DNA of 64,000 bases. Source: Macrostomum lignano (taxonomy: Eukaryota). Where the stretch lies: positions 62,001 to 126,000 of the forward strand of contig NIVC01002017.1 in the NCBI GenBank assembly GCA_002269645.1, read 5' to 3'. Both the position numbers and the translations under genes were made by a program. Each line of letters opens with the position of its first letter. Position 1 is the stretch's first letter. Shown here piece by piece: positions 1 to 15,899 of the stretch. Under the pieces are notes generated by a model. It was not told the DNA's origin. It worked only from the letters and a program-made list of their open reading frames with translations, and searched no databases.

Positions 1-1130
1 CGGTAGACACACTTCTGTGTGACTCTCCCTGACACCCTGTGACTCCCAGTGACTCTCCGAGATACTCTGTGACTCTCCGTGACACTCTGTGACTCTCCGC
101 GACACTCTGTGACTCTCTGTAACACTCTGTGACTCTCCGCGACACTCTGTGACTTTCTGTAACACTCTGTGACTCTCTGTACTCGTAACACTCTGTGACT
201 CTCCGAGACACTCTGTGACTCTCCGAGACACTCTGTGACTCTCCGTAACACTGTGACTCTCTGTAACACTCTGTGACTCTCCGTAACACTCTGTGACTCT
301 CCGTAACACTCTGTGACTCTCTGTAACACTCTGTGACTCTCCGAGACACACTGCTGAGACTCTTCGTAACACTCTGTGACTCTCCGCGACACTCTGTGAC
401 TCTCCGAGACACTCTGTGACTCTCCGTAACACTCTGTGACTCTCCGTAACACTCTGTGACTCTCCGTAACACTCTGTGACTCTCCGTAACACTCTGTGAC
501 TCTCCGAGACACTCTGTGACTCTCCGAGACACTCTGTGACTCTCCGAGACACTCTGTGACTCTCTGTAACACTCTGTGACTCTCCGAGACACTCTGTGAC
601 TCTCTGTAACACTCTGTGACTCTCCGAGACACTCTGTGACTCTCTGTAACACTCTGTGACTCTCTGTAACACTCTGTGACTCTCCGAGACACTCTGTGAC
701 TCTCCGTAACACTCTGTGACTCTCCGAGACACTCTGTGACTCTCCGTAACACTCTGTGACTCTCTGTAACACTCTGTGACTCTCCGAGACACTCTGTGAC
801 TCTCCGTAACACTCTGTGACTCTCCGTAACACTCTGTGACTCTCCGAGACACTCTTTGACTCTCCGAGACACTCTGTGACTCTCCGCGACACTCTGTGAC
901 TCTCCGAGACACTCTGTGACTCTCCGAGGCACACTGCTGGGACTCTTCGTAACACTCCGCGGCTCTTCGTGACTTCCCGTGACTCTCGATAACTCTTTGA
1001 CTGTCTGTGATTCTTTGTGACTCTATATGGCTCGCCATGACTCACTGTGACTTCCTGTGAATCTCCGTGACTCTTCGTGGCTCCCAGTCTCTCCCAATAG
1101 CTTTCTGCCACTCTCTGTGACACCCTGCAT
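1..1130. repeat. 20-bp minisatellite (ACTCTGTGACTCTCCGTAAC and variants), degenerating at both ends
   Basis: Directly visible 20-nt period; variable TCCGTAAC/TCCGAGAC/TCTGTAAC core. Confidence 0.95.
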
Positions 1131-1577
1131 CTCTCTCCCAGTTTTCTGGCAAAAATCCTTCAAATCAGACTGACACCAGCGCCCCCCAGCCGCGGTCAAA
1201 AAGCCATTAAAAAATCCAAACCCCAGCGCCTGAATTTCCCCAACAGCTGTTTTTTTCAAGCTCCAAGAGTCTTCTTCTGCGCCTCTATGCCCCTGTGTTT
1301 GCCTGAATCCTTCCCTTGTTCACTTGGGCTGTCGTGATGAGATTTTTAACACAGAGCGCCGCTGCTGCCACTGGCAGGATGACAGCTCTTGAGTATTGAT
1401 GAAGCAAAGAATCACAACCTAACTGAACGAGGGGAGACTCCAGACAGTTCGACGGCGTAGAGGACTTGAGAAATCAGTCATAATTTTGTAGTTATGACTC
1501 TTTTGCACGCTTTTTTCATTTCATCAGCCGTGTGTTGTTTTAAAAAGAACGCGCAAAACTTTTTTAAAAACTCCCGA

Positions 1578-2160
1578 ATTCACTCATGAACTCACCCATG
1601 AACTCACTCATGAACTCACTCATGAACTCACTCATGAACTCACTGAACTCATAAACTCACTCATGAACTCACTCATGAACTCACTCATGAACTCACTCAT
1701 GAACTCACTCATGAAATCGATGATGAACTCATTCATGAACTCACTCATAAACTCACTCATGAACTCACTCATGAAATCGATGATGAACTCATTCAGGAAC
1801 TCACTCATGAACTCACTCATGAACTCACTCATGAAATCGATGATGAACTCATTCATGAACTCACTCATAAAATCACTCATAAACTCACTCATGAACTCAC
1901 TCATGAAATCGATTATGAACTCACTCACTCACTCACTCACTCACTCACTCACTCACTCACTCACTCACTCACTCACTCACTCACTCACTCACTCACTCAC
2001 TCACTCACTCACTCACTCACTCACTCACTCACTCACTCACTCACTCACTCACTCACTCACTCACTCACTCACTCACACTCACTCACACTCACTCAATCAT
2101 TCACTCAATCATTCACTCAATCATTTACTCACTCATTTATTCAATCATTCACTCACTCAT
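1578..2160. repeat. 12-bp ATGAACTCACTC array grading into an (ACTC)n microsatellite
   Basis: 12-mer units to ~1921, then pure ACTC; generates the spurious MNSL/THSL ORFs. Confidence 0.95.
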
Positions 2161-2584
2161 GAAAGCACTCGGCAGTCTCATGAATTGGAAAAAATCACGC
2201 ACAGGCCGAGAGAGGCAGGGCTGAGTCCAGTCACTGGTCTGGTCAGCTGGTGGCATGCTGCACAGCTTGAAAAGAAAGCGGAGAACAGGACCGAGAAACA
2301 GCGATCGCAAAGCATTTGGCGTCAGCTCTGACAGAACTGGATTTAGAGAGGCGAGATAGGGGGCCAAAAGCAATTCAGACTGGGATTATGGTGGTAATGA
2401 GAGGAGAGCAGTCTGGGATAAGATCTTAATTAAGGATAGGGGAGTTTCCTCTCTTGAGAACATTTTTTACGAGCTGCAAGGGCTCAGCATCCAGTGGCTG
2501 CAATGGATAAATATACACAACTCAAGTAATTGCGAGCTCTCCGAAGCTAGAACAGTTTCTGTGTTTTACAATCATTGATCAAGT

Positions 2585-3690
2585 CATACTACTGACAGAC
2601 AGTATCACACTACTGATACAGACAATATCACACTACTGATACAGACAATATCACACTACTGACAGACAATATCACACTATTGATACAGACAATATCACAC
2701 TACTGACACAGACAATATCACACTACTGATACAGACAATATCACACTACTGACAGACAATATCACACTACTGACAGACAATATCACACTACTGACAGACA
2801 ATATCACACTATTGATACAGACAATATCACACTATTGATACAGACAATATCACACTATTGATACAGACAATATCACACTATTGATACAGACAATATCACA
2901 CTATTGATACAGACAATATCACACTACTGACACAGACAATATCACACTACTGATACAGACAATATCACACTACTGACAGACAATATCACACTATTGATAC
3001 AGAAATATCACACTATTGATACAGACAATATCACACTACTGACACAGACAATATCACACTACTGATACAGACAATATCACACTACTGATACAGACAATAT
3101 CACACTACTGATACAGACAATATCACACTACTGACAGACAATATCACACTATTGATACAGACAATATCACACTACTGATACAGACAATATCACACTACTG
3201 ACAGACAATATCACACTACTGACAGACAATCCTATACTACTGATACTACTGATACAGATATTATCACACTACTGACAGACAATATCACACTACTGATACA
3301 GACAATATCACACTATTGATACAGAAAATATCACACTATTGATACAGAAATATCACACTATTGATACAGACAATATCACACTATTGATACAGACAATATC
3401 ACACTACTGATACAGACAATATCACACTACTGACAGACAATATCACACTATTGATACAGACAATATCACACTACTGATACAGACAATATCACACTACTGA
3501 CAGACAATATCACACTACTGATACAGACAATCCTATACTACTGATACTACTGATACAGATATTATCACACTACTGACAGACAATATCACACTACTGACAG
3601 ACAATCCTATACTACTGATACTACTGATACAGATATTATCACACTACTGACAGACAATATCACACTACTGATACTACTGATACTGACATA
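2585..3690. repeat. 21-23-bp minisatellite (ACAGACAATATCACACTACTGAT)
   Basis: Directly visible tandem units with 2-nt indel variants. Confidence 0.95.
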
Positions 3691-4132
3691 TCGCCCTACT
3701 GACTAAGACAAAAATTCTACTGACTCAGACAAATCATGCTACTGAGAAAGAATCATGTTACTGTAACAGAGAATCACACTACTAACAGTAATAGAAAACA
3801 ATTTGTTGTACAAAATAAAAAAGCTAAAAGCATTGAGGCGCTTTGGCTGCCGCTTAATGTTCCAGTGGTTGTGAAAGTTTTCAATTCTGCTATGGCTTCA
3901 GTTCTGTGACGCAACCAGTCAGCATACATTTGTGATTCAAATATTAAGTATAGATTTGCATCTGAAAATTAATACAAGCATTTGAATAAACTGCAACTGT
4001 CATTTGAAGCTTTGAAGCGTTAATTTCACATTTCAGAGTTTCACAGATCGAAACTGACCATTTTGGGAGGCGTCGCATGTTAAACGCTTTTTACTTATAA
4101 AATCAGGACATGGGTTACCATTGAAAATTAAA

Positions 4133-4842
4133 ATTAAGCTGTTTCAGAGGATAAACTGTTTCAGATTGTAAACTGTTTCAGATTGTAAACTGTTTCAGAT
4201 TGTAAACTGTTTCAGAGAATTAACTGTTTCAGATAGTAAACTGTTTCAGAGGATAAACTGTTTCAGATTGTAAACTGTTTCAGATTGTAAACTGTTTCAG
4301 AGGATAAACTGTTTCAGAGGATAAACTGTTTCAGAGGATAAACTGTTTCAGAGGATAAACTGTTTCAGATTGTAAACTGTTTCAGATTGTAAACTGTTTC
4401 AGAGAATTAACTGTTTCAGAAGATAAACTGTTTCAGATTGTAAACTGTTTCAGATTGTAAACTGTTTCAGAAGATAAACTGTTTCAGATTGTAAACTGTT
4501 TCAGAAGATAAACTGTTTCAGAAGATAAACTGTTTCAGATTGTAAACTGTTTCAGAGGATAAACTGTTTCAGATTGTAAACTGCTTCAGAGGATAAACTG
4601 TTTCAGATTGTAAACTGCTTTAGAGGATAAACTGTTTCAGATTGTAAACTGTTTCAGATTGTAAACTGTTTCAGATTGTAAACTGTTTCAGATTGTAAAC
4701 TGTTTCAGGGGATAAACTGTTTCAGATTGTAAACTGTTTCAGGGGATAAACTGTTTCAGATTGTAAACTGTTTCAGAGGATAAACTGTTTCAGAGGATAA
4801 ACTGTTTCAGATTGTAAACAGTTTCAGAGGATAAACAGTTTT
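4133..4842. repeat. 17-bp minisatellite (AAACTGTTTCAGATTGT / AAACTGTTTCAGAGGAT)
   Basis: Directly visible 17-nt period with two main variants. Confidence 0.95.
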
Positions 4843-5021
4843 TGATGAAAAAAGCAGACAAAAAGATAATTAAAAGATAATTAAAAGATAGAAAGATAAC
4901 AATTTAGTTATAAATTTTCCAGAAGCTACATTTTGTTGAATTTCCAAAAAAGCAGAAATTCCCCAAAAGACTCAGAGCCTTCTCTCCAGAGTTTCTCAGG
5001 CAGTGAATGCCTTCACTGAGC

Positions 5022-7990
5022 TCAGTCGGCTTCTTGCTCAGCGGTGGAAGATTTCGCAGTTTTCATAGCATCAGCAGCAGCGACCTCCTTCTGCTGGTCG
5101 CCTGCCCCCGTCCTCGGCCCGCCCAGCTTGGCCGACAGCTCATCTGCGATGTCATCGGTGCTGCGGTTCTTCGTCTCGGGCATGAAGAAGAACAGAAACA
5201 CCAGGCCGGCGGTGACCGGCACAATGTAGATCAGGTAGACGAAATGCCCCAGAGACTTCTCCAAGGTGTAGTAGGTGAGCACAACCAGAGCGTTGCTGGT
5301 CTGCAGCACTCCCATAGCAACTGAGTTGGCAGCTCCGCGGGCTTTCTGTTGGAAAATCTCGCTGATGTACATGACGGTGATGCAGCCGAGACCGATGGCG
5401 AACCCGACAACGTAGATGAAGACGAGAGCGCAGGCAACTCCAGACAGAGCCTTCTGGGTGGCCGTGGCGGTGCTGAAGGACTTGGGCGTGAACTGGCTGA
5501 CTATCAGCAGAGCCACCAGGCTCACCAGCACAATGGCCAGAGACAGCAGCAGCAGGAGCCGGCGGCCGAACTTCTCCAGGATGGGCAGAGCCACGATGGT
5601 TGACAGCACGTTCAGCGCGTACACACCGAGTGTCACCAGCGGCACCGTGGACTTCTGGACTCCAGTGTTCTCAAGCATGATGCTGGAGTATTGCATCACC
5701 TGGGAGGGGCATGCACGATGATATAGGAACAATCATGGTTATTCAGCAGAAAGCCAAATAAGAGGCAAGAATCCGCCAAGGAATCTGCGACAAGTACAAC
5801 AGAATCTGCAACAAATGTAACAACAGAATCTGCAACAAATGTAATAACAGAATCTGCAACAAATGCAACAGAATCTGCAACAAATGTAACAACAGAATCT
5901 GCAATAAACGTAACAACAGAATCTGCAACAAATGAAACAGAATCTGCAACAACAACAGAATCTGCAACAAATGCAACAGAATCTGCAACAAATGCAACAG
6001 AATCTGCAACAAATGCAACAGAATCTGCAACAAATGCAACAGAATCTGCAACAAATTTAACAACAGAATCTGCAACAAATTTAACAACAGAATCTGCAAC
6101 AAATGCAACAGAATCTGCAACAAATGCAACAGAATCGGCTTTGAGAAGAATTAGCAGAGCACTCAGAAGATGACGCACTCACCACATTGATGCCGCTGAG
6201 CTGCTGCACCACCACCAGCACCAGGGTGATCAGCAGGGCCATGCGGTACCGCTTGCTGGTAAACAGAGTCCCAATAGAGAACTTCTCCGCCGCCTCCTGT
6301 TGTTCCATCTTGACTTTCTCCGACCTCAACGCCAGCATAGCTTCGTCGACTTCGGCGGGAGCGCAGAATCGCTGCACAGCCTGCTTGGCGGCAGCCTCGT
6401 CGCCTTTGTTGAGGTAGAGAAACCGGGGACTCTCGGGCAGGAGCGGCAGCGCAATGCTGGACACCAGGGATGGCAAGCCGCTCAGAGCGATGGCGACCAC
6501 CCAGTACTTCTCGCGGTTGAGCGCCTGCTCCAGGCCGACCAGGCCGCCAACGAAGATGCCGATGGTGATTGACAGCTGCCCGCTGGAGCCGATGGCGCCG
6601 CGGAGTCGAATAGGCACGATCTCAGTGACGTACATTGACGTCATGGGGATGGTCAGGCCTGAAGGGCAGTGGGATCAGTGAGGAATGATGAATTCATAGG
6701 ATAAACGGTTTCATTGGATAAACTGTAAGCAGATAAAATAAAATAAGAGATCGAAACAGCTTACCGTTGTGAAGGCCTGACAGAGCTCTGGTGATGTACA
6801 CAAAAATAGGCAAGTTCGCAGCGAGTGTTGGGGCGATGGATATGGCAGCCAGCACTGAGAATACGTTGGCCATAACCAGGCCTGTTCGCCTGGAATGGAA
6901 TATAGTGAGACCTAGGTGAGGTGGGCGAGTGAGGGGTGAGTGAGGGGTGGGTGGGGGTGGGTGAGAGCTGGGGTGAGAGCTGGGGTGAGAGTTGGGGTGA
7001 GAGCTGGGGTGAGAGCTGGGGTGAGAGCTGGGGTGAGAGCTGGGGTGAGAGCTGGGGTGAGAGCTGGTTTTCAAGTCGCTCACCTGCCGAATCGCTCGCT
7101 AATAAGGCTGGTCATGAAGCCCCCAACAGCGGCGAAGACAACCCACACCACCTGAGTCATGGTGTACATCCAGCGCAATCTGTTGTCGTCTCTAGATGAC
7201 AGCCGATCCGAGAGCTGCTCCTCCTTGATGCAGTTGTCAAGAAAAGCGCCCCGGTCTATTGAAGAGTTTTTCAGCGTGAATGACGACAGCCAAGTGCGCA
7301 GGAAAAAGCACTCGATTTTCTGCAAGGTTGCAGGTTCCGGTGGGGCTTCTCGGTTACCCCTCACCCACTCTCCACTTCACCCACTCTCCACTTCACCCAC
7401 TCTCCACCTCGTCCACTCTACCCCTCACCCGCTCTACCCCTCGTCCACTCTACCCCTCACCCACTCTACCCCTCAGCCACTCTACCCCTCAGCCACTCTA
7501 CCCCTCAGCCAACTCTACCCCTCACCCGCTCTACCCCTCACACACTCTACCCCTCACACACTCTACCCCTCACCCGCTCTACCCCTGGTCCACTCTACCC
7601 CTCACCCACTCAACCCCTCACCCGCTCTACCCCTCACCCACTCTACCCCTCAGCCGCTCTACCCCTCACCCACTCTACCCCTCACCCACTCTACCCCTCT
7701 ATACAACACATTAGCAAAGAGAGCACGACTTTCCCACCTGTCTGGGCGAGTTGAGCACAGAGATGCAATAGCCAAACACGAACGTGGCTCCGAAACAGGA
7801 GCTGAACACAGCCAATGCAATGCACGCCCCTGCGCGGATAAATGAAATGTGTCAGCATGTACAATAATTCCAGTCTGAACAATTCCTCATTGGCTTCAGT
7901 AAAGCAGTCACTCGCAGACTCACTTGGAGACAGACCCGAGCTGCTCCCCTCCGCCTTCTTCCCGTCCGCACTGTTGCCGCTGTTGTTCAT
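5022..7990 (-). CDS. Facilitated glucose transporter (GLUT/SLC2A-like MFS sugar porter), 6 exons: 7990-7924, 7829-7738, 7319-7084, 6889-6765, 6658-6183, 5699-5022
   Basis: All five introns are GT..AG with matching phases. Sugar-porter motifs: FVFGYCISVLNSP, ERFGRR, YVTEIVPIRLRG, LPESPRFL, QQLSGIN, EKFGRR, ISEIF, MPETKNR. Confidence 0.93.
5775..6135. repeat. 21/24-bp minisatellite in GLUT intron 5 (ACAGAATCTGCAACAAATGCA)
   Basis: Tandem units between the donor at 6182 and the acceptor at 5700; source of the FVADSV/LLQILL ORFs. Confidence 0.92.
6940..7067. repeat. 12-bp repeat in GLUT intron 3 (GCTGGGGTGAGA)
   Basis: About ten visible units. Confidence 0.9.
7357..7700. repeat. 16-bp-based repeat in GLUT intron 2 (CACTCTACCCCTCACC)
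   Basis: Visible tandem units between exons 2 and 3. Confidence 0.9.
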
Positions 7991-8484
7991 TGTGATGCAG
8001 CTAGCTCAGGCTCTCAGTTGGAGTTCTCAGAAATAAACAAGAGCAGTCTCAGTTGAACAACAGGAACTCAAAATTACAAGAGACTTCAGATTGGTTGCTC
8101 AATTAAAAACAACTGTGTGTCTGATCCCGACTTCTGGCACAGCCTGTATTTACTGATTTTTATAAGCGAGAGAGGTACGGCCATAAACTAAGGTAAAGAT
8201 ATTTGCATGTTCTTTTCTGGCTGCGGGAACATTTCTTAGAGTTTGCTACTCAATCGCTACAATCTTAAGGTGCAAAATAAAAAGCGCACAGGTTACACTA
8301 AGCACTGGTCTTTACACTTGTACAGCAGAGCAATAATTTGGTCAACTTCAGAAATTCAAATAAATAATTTGCGCACACAATAAATCAGTGACGGCCTTTA
8401 ACTAAATAATATGCAATAACAAAAATGCGACTATAGTGAACTGGGGTCAGCGAAAGGTCGCTTAGACAAGAAGTATCTCGACGG

Positions 8485-9145
8485 TCAGTCAGTCAGTCAG
8501 TCAGTCACCCACTCACTCAAGTCAGTCACCCACTCACTCAAGTCAGTCACCCCCTCAGTCAGTCAGTCAGTCACCCACTCACTCAAGTCAGTCAGTCAGT
8601 CAGTCAGTCAGTCACCCACTCACTCAAGTCATTTAGTCAGTCAGTCAGTCAGTCAGTCAGTCAGTCAGTCAGTCAGTCAGTCAGTCAGTCAGTCAGTCAT
8701 TCAGTCAGTCAGTCAGTCAGTCAGTCAGTCAGTCAGTCAGTCAGTCAGTCAGTCAGTCAGTCAGTCAGTCAGTCAGTCAGTCAGTCAGTCAGTCAGTCAG
8801 TCAGTCAGTCAGTCAGTCAGTCAGTCAGTCAGTCAGTCAGTCAGTCAGTCAGTCAGTCAGTCAGTCAGTCAGTCAGTCAATCACCCACTCACTCAAGTCA
8901 GTCAGTCAGTCAGTCAGTCAGTCAGTCAGTCAGTCAGTCAGTCAGTCAGTCAGTCAATCACCCACTCACTCAAGTCAGTCAGTCAGTCAGTCAATCACCC
9001 ACTCACTCAAGTCAGTCAGTCAGTCAGTCAATCACCCACTCACTCAAGTCAGTCAGTCAGTCAGTCAGTCAGTCAGTCAGTCAGTCAGTCAGTCAGTCAG
9101 TCAGTCAGTCAGTCAGTCAGTCAGTCAGTCAGTCAGTCAGTCAGT
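8485..9145. repeat. (TCAG)n microsatellite with interspersed CACCCACTCACTCAAG units
   Basis: Directly visible. Confidence 0.95.
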
Positions 9146-9579
9146 ATGTGGGGGATGCTTCGGGCGCTGCCGCAGTTCCTGCCGCAAGAAGTGAAAAAGC
9201 AGTTTTGCCGCTTTTTGGCGAACTTAAACTTGGATTGGTAAAGAACTTTCGGACAGTCAAAAAGAGCAGCAGAAAGAGGCCAGTTTATTTTATAGAAGAA
9301 AACGTGTTGAACACATGCTGAATCGTCGAGATTCAACAGTAGTATGTATGCACACGTAATGCTAAAATTGGATTGATTGAGAGAAGGCAATTATTGCTTA
9401 TATAGAAACATTTTAGTGCGTTGATGATTTTTATTGCATTTGTAGGCACGCAGCAAACTGGATCTCCAGGCAAATTTGCTGTTCGGCACCCATCAATCAC
9501 CGTATCACATGCAGTGCAATAATTCAGTACGCTGAACTGTTAAATAGTCAGACATTGAATCTCAACTCAGCCAATCAAA

Positions 9580-11606
<2,027 letters not shown>

Positions 11607-11690
11607 TGTTGCGGCAGTTCAGCACGGGAGCGGGTTAAAGTGAACTGAGGGCCGGGCGCAAGAGGTGCGGAGAGGCCTTTGAATCGGTGC

Positions 11691-11696
11691 TTTATA
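11691..11696 (-). promoter_or_regulatory. TATA box of the cathepsin L gene
   Basis: GGCTATAAAGC on the minus strand, 85 nt upstream of the ATG. Confidence 0.55.
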
Positions 11697-12338
11697 GCCT
11701 GCCTCTGCTGCAGGTTCAGCTGCGCAATTGTCATGTGACAGAATGTGCAACTTTTAACGATGATGAGTCACCCAGACTTGATTAGAAATTAAAGTTAAAA
11801 TCAGTAATGACGTCTATTTCAAGAAAAAGGCTGTTTATCTTATTGATTAGAAATGTTTACTGCAAGCAGTCGCACTAGCGAACTTGTGTAAACAGAAAGC
11901 TGAATGTTTGGACCGGATACCTGTTGGGCTGGATGGCTGCACCGCTTGTGCTTGATGAGAACTTCTTCTGCTTTCACCTGTTAATTAGTAGCTTTACACA
12001 TGTGGAACAACGGTTTCACCTGTTAACTAGTACAGTCTACATGTTAAGCAGTTTTTAATACATGTATTTGTGCCTCTAGATAGATCAGCAGGTGCCCAAC
12101 TGTGTGCAAATCATTCCCCGGCCAGGTGGGCCCATGTAGTGACTGCAATATTTGTTTATAGTCAATTCCAACTAAGAGCTGTGCCAAGTTGCAATTCTCT
12201 GCCGTTAATTCCACGGTTAGCCTCGGGTCTTTTCTGCGAAATTCCATCCAGTCACGTGGCATGAGTCAGCAACAGTTTTAGGCTCGTTGCAAGATCAAAT
12301 TAAGATTAAGATTCCGGTTCCATACTGACCTTCTTAGT

Positions 12339-12432
12339 TACTGACTGACTGACTGACTGACTGACTGACTGACTGACTGACTGACTGACTGACTGACTTG
12401 AGTGAGTGGGTGACTGACTGACTGACTGACTA
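12339..12432. repeat. (ACTG)n microsatellite
   Basis: Directly visible. Confidence 0.9.
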
Positions 12433-12654
12433 ACTACATAACTCATTGACCGACAAGCAAGCAAAACACAACTAACTAATCTACTGTAAAAAGCAAGTGA
12501 CGATTATTTCAATTGCAAAAAAACAATGCCATTAACATAGTAAATTTTCAATTCTTCTTAAAGACAGCACCAAAAATGCAATATATGCTGATAAAATATA
12601 TATTTATGCCGCGAAGGCTGTGCCTCAATCAGAACAGCATTCAAAGGCATCCAA

Positions 12655-15600
12655 TCACTTCTTTCCTTTATTATTGCTCTTGTTTTTCTTTTTCTTGCCG
12701 CCGGGCGTGAAGCCGGTGACATATTTCTTAGAAATCTGATAGTCCTCCGTGAGCAGCCGGTACAGGTAAGCCAGCTGGTCGCCTTGCACCGACACCACCT
12801 CGCCGGAGCCTCCGCCGGTGGGCGCCGACTGTACACCCGCGCTGACTGAGAGCGCGCGCTGCACCCGTTTAGCGAACTGCGCCGCGTCCACCCCGAAGTC
12901 GGGCAGGCCGGCCAGCAGGCTCACGCACTTGTTCGACGCGCGCGACTCGACGCGCATCGATACGCGCGGAGCGGCGCCGCGCCGTTCCAGCAAGACGGCG
13001 CCGTGACAGTCCAGCACCCTGTAGCCTGGTGTCATGCAAGCCGAGCACACCTGTGAATGGGTGTTGGCTGTACTGTGAATGGGTGTTGGCTGTACTGTGA
13101 ATGGGGTGTTGGCTGTACTGTGAATGGGGTGTTGGCTGTACTGTGAATGGGGTGTTGGCTGTACTGTGAATGGGTGTTGGCTGTACTGTGAATGGTGTTG
13201 GCTGTACTGTGAATGGGGTGTTGGCTGTACTGTGAATGGGGTGTTGGCTGTACTGTGAATGGGTGTTGGCTGTACTGTGAATGGGTGTTGGCTGTACTGT
13301 GAATGGTGTTGGCTGTACTGTGAATGGGGTGTTGGCTGTACTGTGAATGGGTGTCGGCTGTACTGTGAATGGGGTGTTGGCTGTACTGTGAATGGGTGTT
13401 GGCTGTACTGTGAATGGGTGTTGGCTGTACTGTGAATGGGGTGTTGGCTGTACTGTGAATGGGTGTTGGCTGTACTGTGAATGGTGTTGGCTGTACTGTG
13501 AATGGTGTTGGCTGTACTGTGAATGGTGTTGGCTGTACTGTGAATGGGTGTTGGCTGTACTGTGAATGGGTCAGATCAGAGAATCAAGCGAATACCTGAA
13601 ACAGCCGCTCCCAGGGCAGCGAGTCCTCCAGCACAGGCCGGCCGCACTGGCTGGCCAGACGGCTCAGCAAAGCGTCCAGGGTGACCTCGCCCGGCCGGCC
13701 TGCCATCTGCGGGCGTTGCATTCGGTGCGACTGGTGCATCATCCCCCATCCTCCAGCTGCCACCCCCTCCCCGATCCTCCAGCTGCCATCCCCTCCCCGA
13801 TCCTTCAGCTGCCACCCCCTCTTTGATCCATCAGCTGCCACCTCCTCCTCGATCCTCCAGCTGCCATCCCCTCCCCGATCCTCCAGCAGCCACCCCCTCT
13901 TTGATCCATCAGTTGCCACCCCTCACCGATCCTTCAGCAGCCATCCCCTCCCCGATCCTTCAGCTGCCGTCCCCCGATCCGTCCCCCTCTATTTACACAA
14001 ATTCGCACATAATATCCGTTCAAGCTACTTATATGAAAGAAGACATCAGTAGCATATCCCCAGCCACTCACCTGCAATCCCTCAGCCTTAGCGTACTCCG
14101 TAATCAACTGTCGGACCTGTTTGCCAGTCAAGCAGCTGCCTTTGCAGTGGCCCCAACGTTTGAACAGCTCCCCGCTGCTGGCCGTGACGAACAGGACGTC
14201 CTCGATGGTCAGCGGGCCTTCGCCAGCAGCGCCGGAGCTGGCGGCACCAGCAGCCGCCGTCGACGCCGATGCAGCAGCCGGATCAACGTAGGTGAGCGAA
14301 GGCTGAAGTTCCCCCTGCAACAGCGGGTGTCGCCAGTTGATTGACACAACCGACATGACGCCCTTATCGTTGTTGAGCTCCAACAGACCTTCGTCTTTCA
14401 TTGCTTGCACAAATGCGCCAAACTTCTTATAGCTGGTAGCCTTGAGATTTAGCGGGCTGCCGGACGAATACCTGGACATGTAGTTGGCTAGCAGGGAGCT
14501 GCACAGTATTGGCAAGTCTTTGTCGTGGATCTTTTGTAACAAAGAGTGCAATAGGCAGTTCAACAGGTGCCGATCTGCGGACTGAGTGGTGGCATAGTTG
14601 GTCAATTTTTTCTAGCCAAGTTCTTTTCTCTTTAACAATTTTTACACTCCACTGAATCTCCCACCAAGGGATTTTTTCCACTCCACTGAATCTCCCACCA
14701 AGGGATTTTTTCGACCTACTGAATCTCCCATCAAGGGATTTTTTACACTCCACTGAATCTCCCATCAAGGGATTTTTTACACTCCACTGAATCTCCCACC
14801 AAGGGATTTTTTACACTCCACTGAATCTCCCATCAAGGGATTTTTACACTCCATTGAATCTCCCATCAAGGGATTTTTACAATCCACTGAATCTCCCATC
14901 AAGGGATTTTTTCGACCCACTGAATCTCACATCAAGGGATTTTCACAATCCACTGAATCTCACATCAAGGGATTTTCAAATCCACTGAATCTCCCATCAA
15001 GGGATTTTTACAATCCACAGAATCTCCCATCAAGGGATTTGAAACTAAAAAACTCATTAAATATCCCACAAATCGAGTTTTAACACCTCCAAACGCACCT
15101 CTACAGCGGCCTCCGCATCGCTCTCGCCGGAGTCCTCGTCGAACTGCTCGTTAGGTTTGTTACAGCTCGAGTCCACGGACGCCGCGCCCATCTCTTCGGA
15201 CAGTTGCGCCACCTTGACTTCAGCTTCTTCTTCTACAGCAGCGGCAGCAACGGCAGCGTCGGCAGTCGTGGGGCCGACACTCTGGTCTCCGCGCAGCCAC
15301 AGCTGATCGCCGATCACGTGATCAACCAGTACGGCCCTGCCCCGGCCTCCGCTCTTTGCCAGCTCGGCCGCGGTGGCCGCCGCCCGGCCAACAGCCACAA
15401 ACTGGCCAGCAAGCCGCAGGCAGCACGGAGCGCCGCGAGCTAACGAATCCGGCATCGGCGCCACCAAGCCCGGCGCCATCAGATCGGCGCCGTTCTGCAG
15501 CACCGACAACAGGCCGGAAGCGGCGTCAACGCACGCGCCATTAGACATAAGCGGAGCGCGCCACAAGGCGTAGACAGTGGGGCGGAGGCCTTCACTAAAA

Positions 15601-15851
15601 TTGTACAGTATTGGCTGGCCGGCTGCAAAGTACACGAAGCCCGTCTGGTCCGTGTGCGCCACAATCTTAGATTTGAACAGGTCGCACTTCCGGTTGCCAC
15701 CGAGCAGGCGAATTTCCGCCTCGTCGCCTCCGGAAATTGCGAAAGCGTCTGGGTAGCAACGGCGAAGCTCGTCGAGCAGCTGCCGGCGCTCAGTGGATTT
15801 CAGCTTGGCGTGCGATTTGACGCGGAAGGGCTTGTGAAATAGACCGGGCAT
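12655..15851 (-). CDS. EIF2D: Translation initiation/recycling factor eIF2D (ligatin): PUA + SWIB-like + SUI1. Exons 15851-15099, ~14611-14072 (5' boundary uncertain), 13706-13596, 13050-12655
   Basis: N-terminus MPGLFHKPFRVKSHAKLKSTERR; PUA region NGADLMAPG..DHVIGDQLW; DLPILCSSLLANYM..LNLKATSYKKF; SUI1 RASNKCVSLLAGLPDFGVD..VQGDQ; phase-0 GT..AG junctions. Confidence 0.92.
13051..13570. repeat. 21-23-bp array in eIF2D intron 3 (CTGTGAATGG(G)(G)TGTTGGCTGTA), abutting the splice acceptor
   Basis: About 24 units; on the sense strand each unit ends CCATTCACAG. Confidence 0.95.
13740..13985. repeat. ~26-bp C-rich repeat in eIF2D intron 2
   Basis: Units like GATCCTCCAGCTGCCATCCCCTCCCC. Confidence 0.85.
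14630..15040. repeat. ~33-35-bp repeat in eIF2D intron 1
   Basis: Units like CCACTGAATCTCCCATCAAGGGATTTTTTACACT. Confidence 0.9.
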
Positions 15852-15899
15852 TGTTGGGCTGTGGTTGCTGCAATTGTTATCAAATTGGGAATTTACCCA

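Noticed and set aside
1023-1480. 78-aa ORF and possible small exons near 1260-1480
   Set aside because: GC-moderate sequence with candidate splice sites but no recognisable protein motif; cannot be supported.
1632-2331. ORFs with MSEF/MNSL/THSL repeats
   Set aside because: Translations of the 12-bp and (ACTC)n repeats; no splice or domain support.
5696-6178. FVADSV / LLQILL hydrophobic ORFs
   Set aside because: They lie wholly within GLUT intron 5 and reflect its 21/24-bp repeat.
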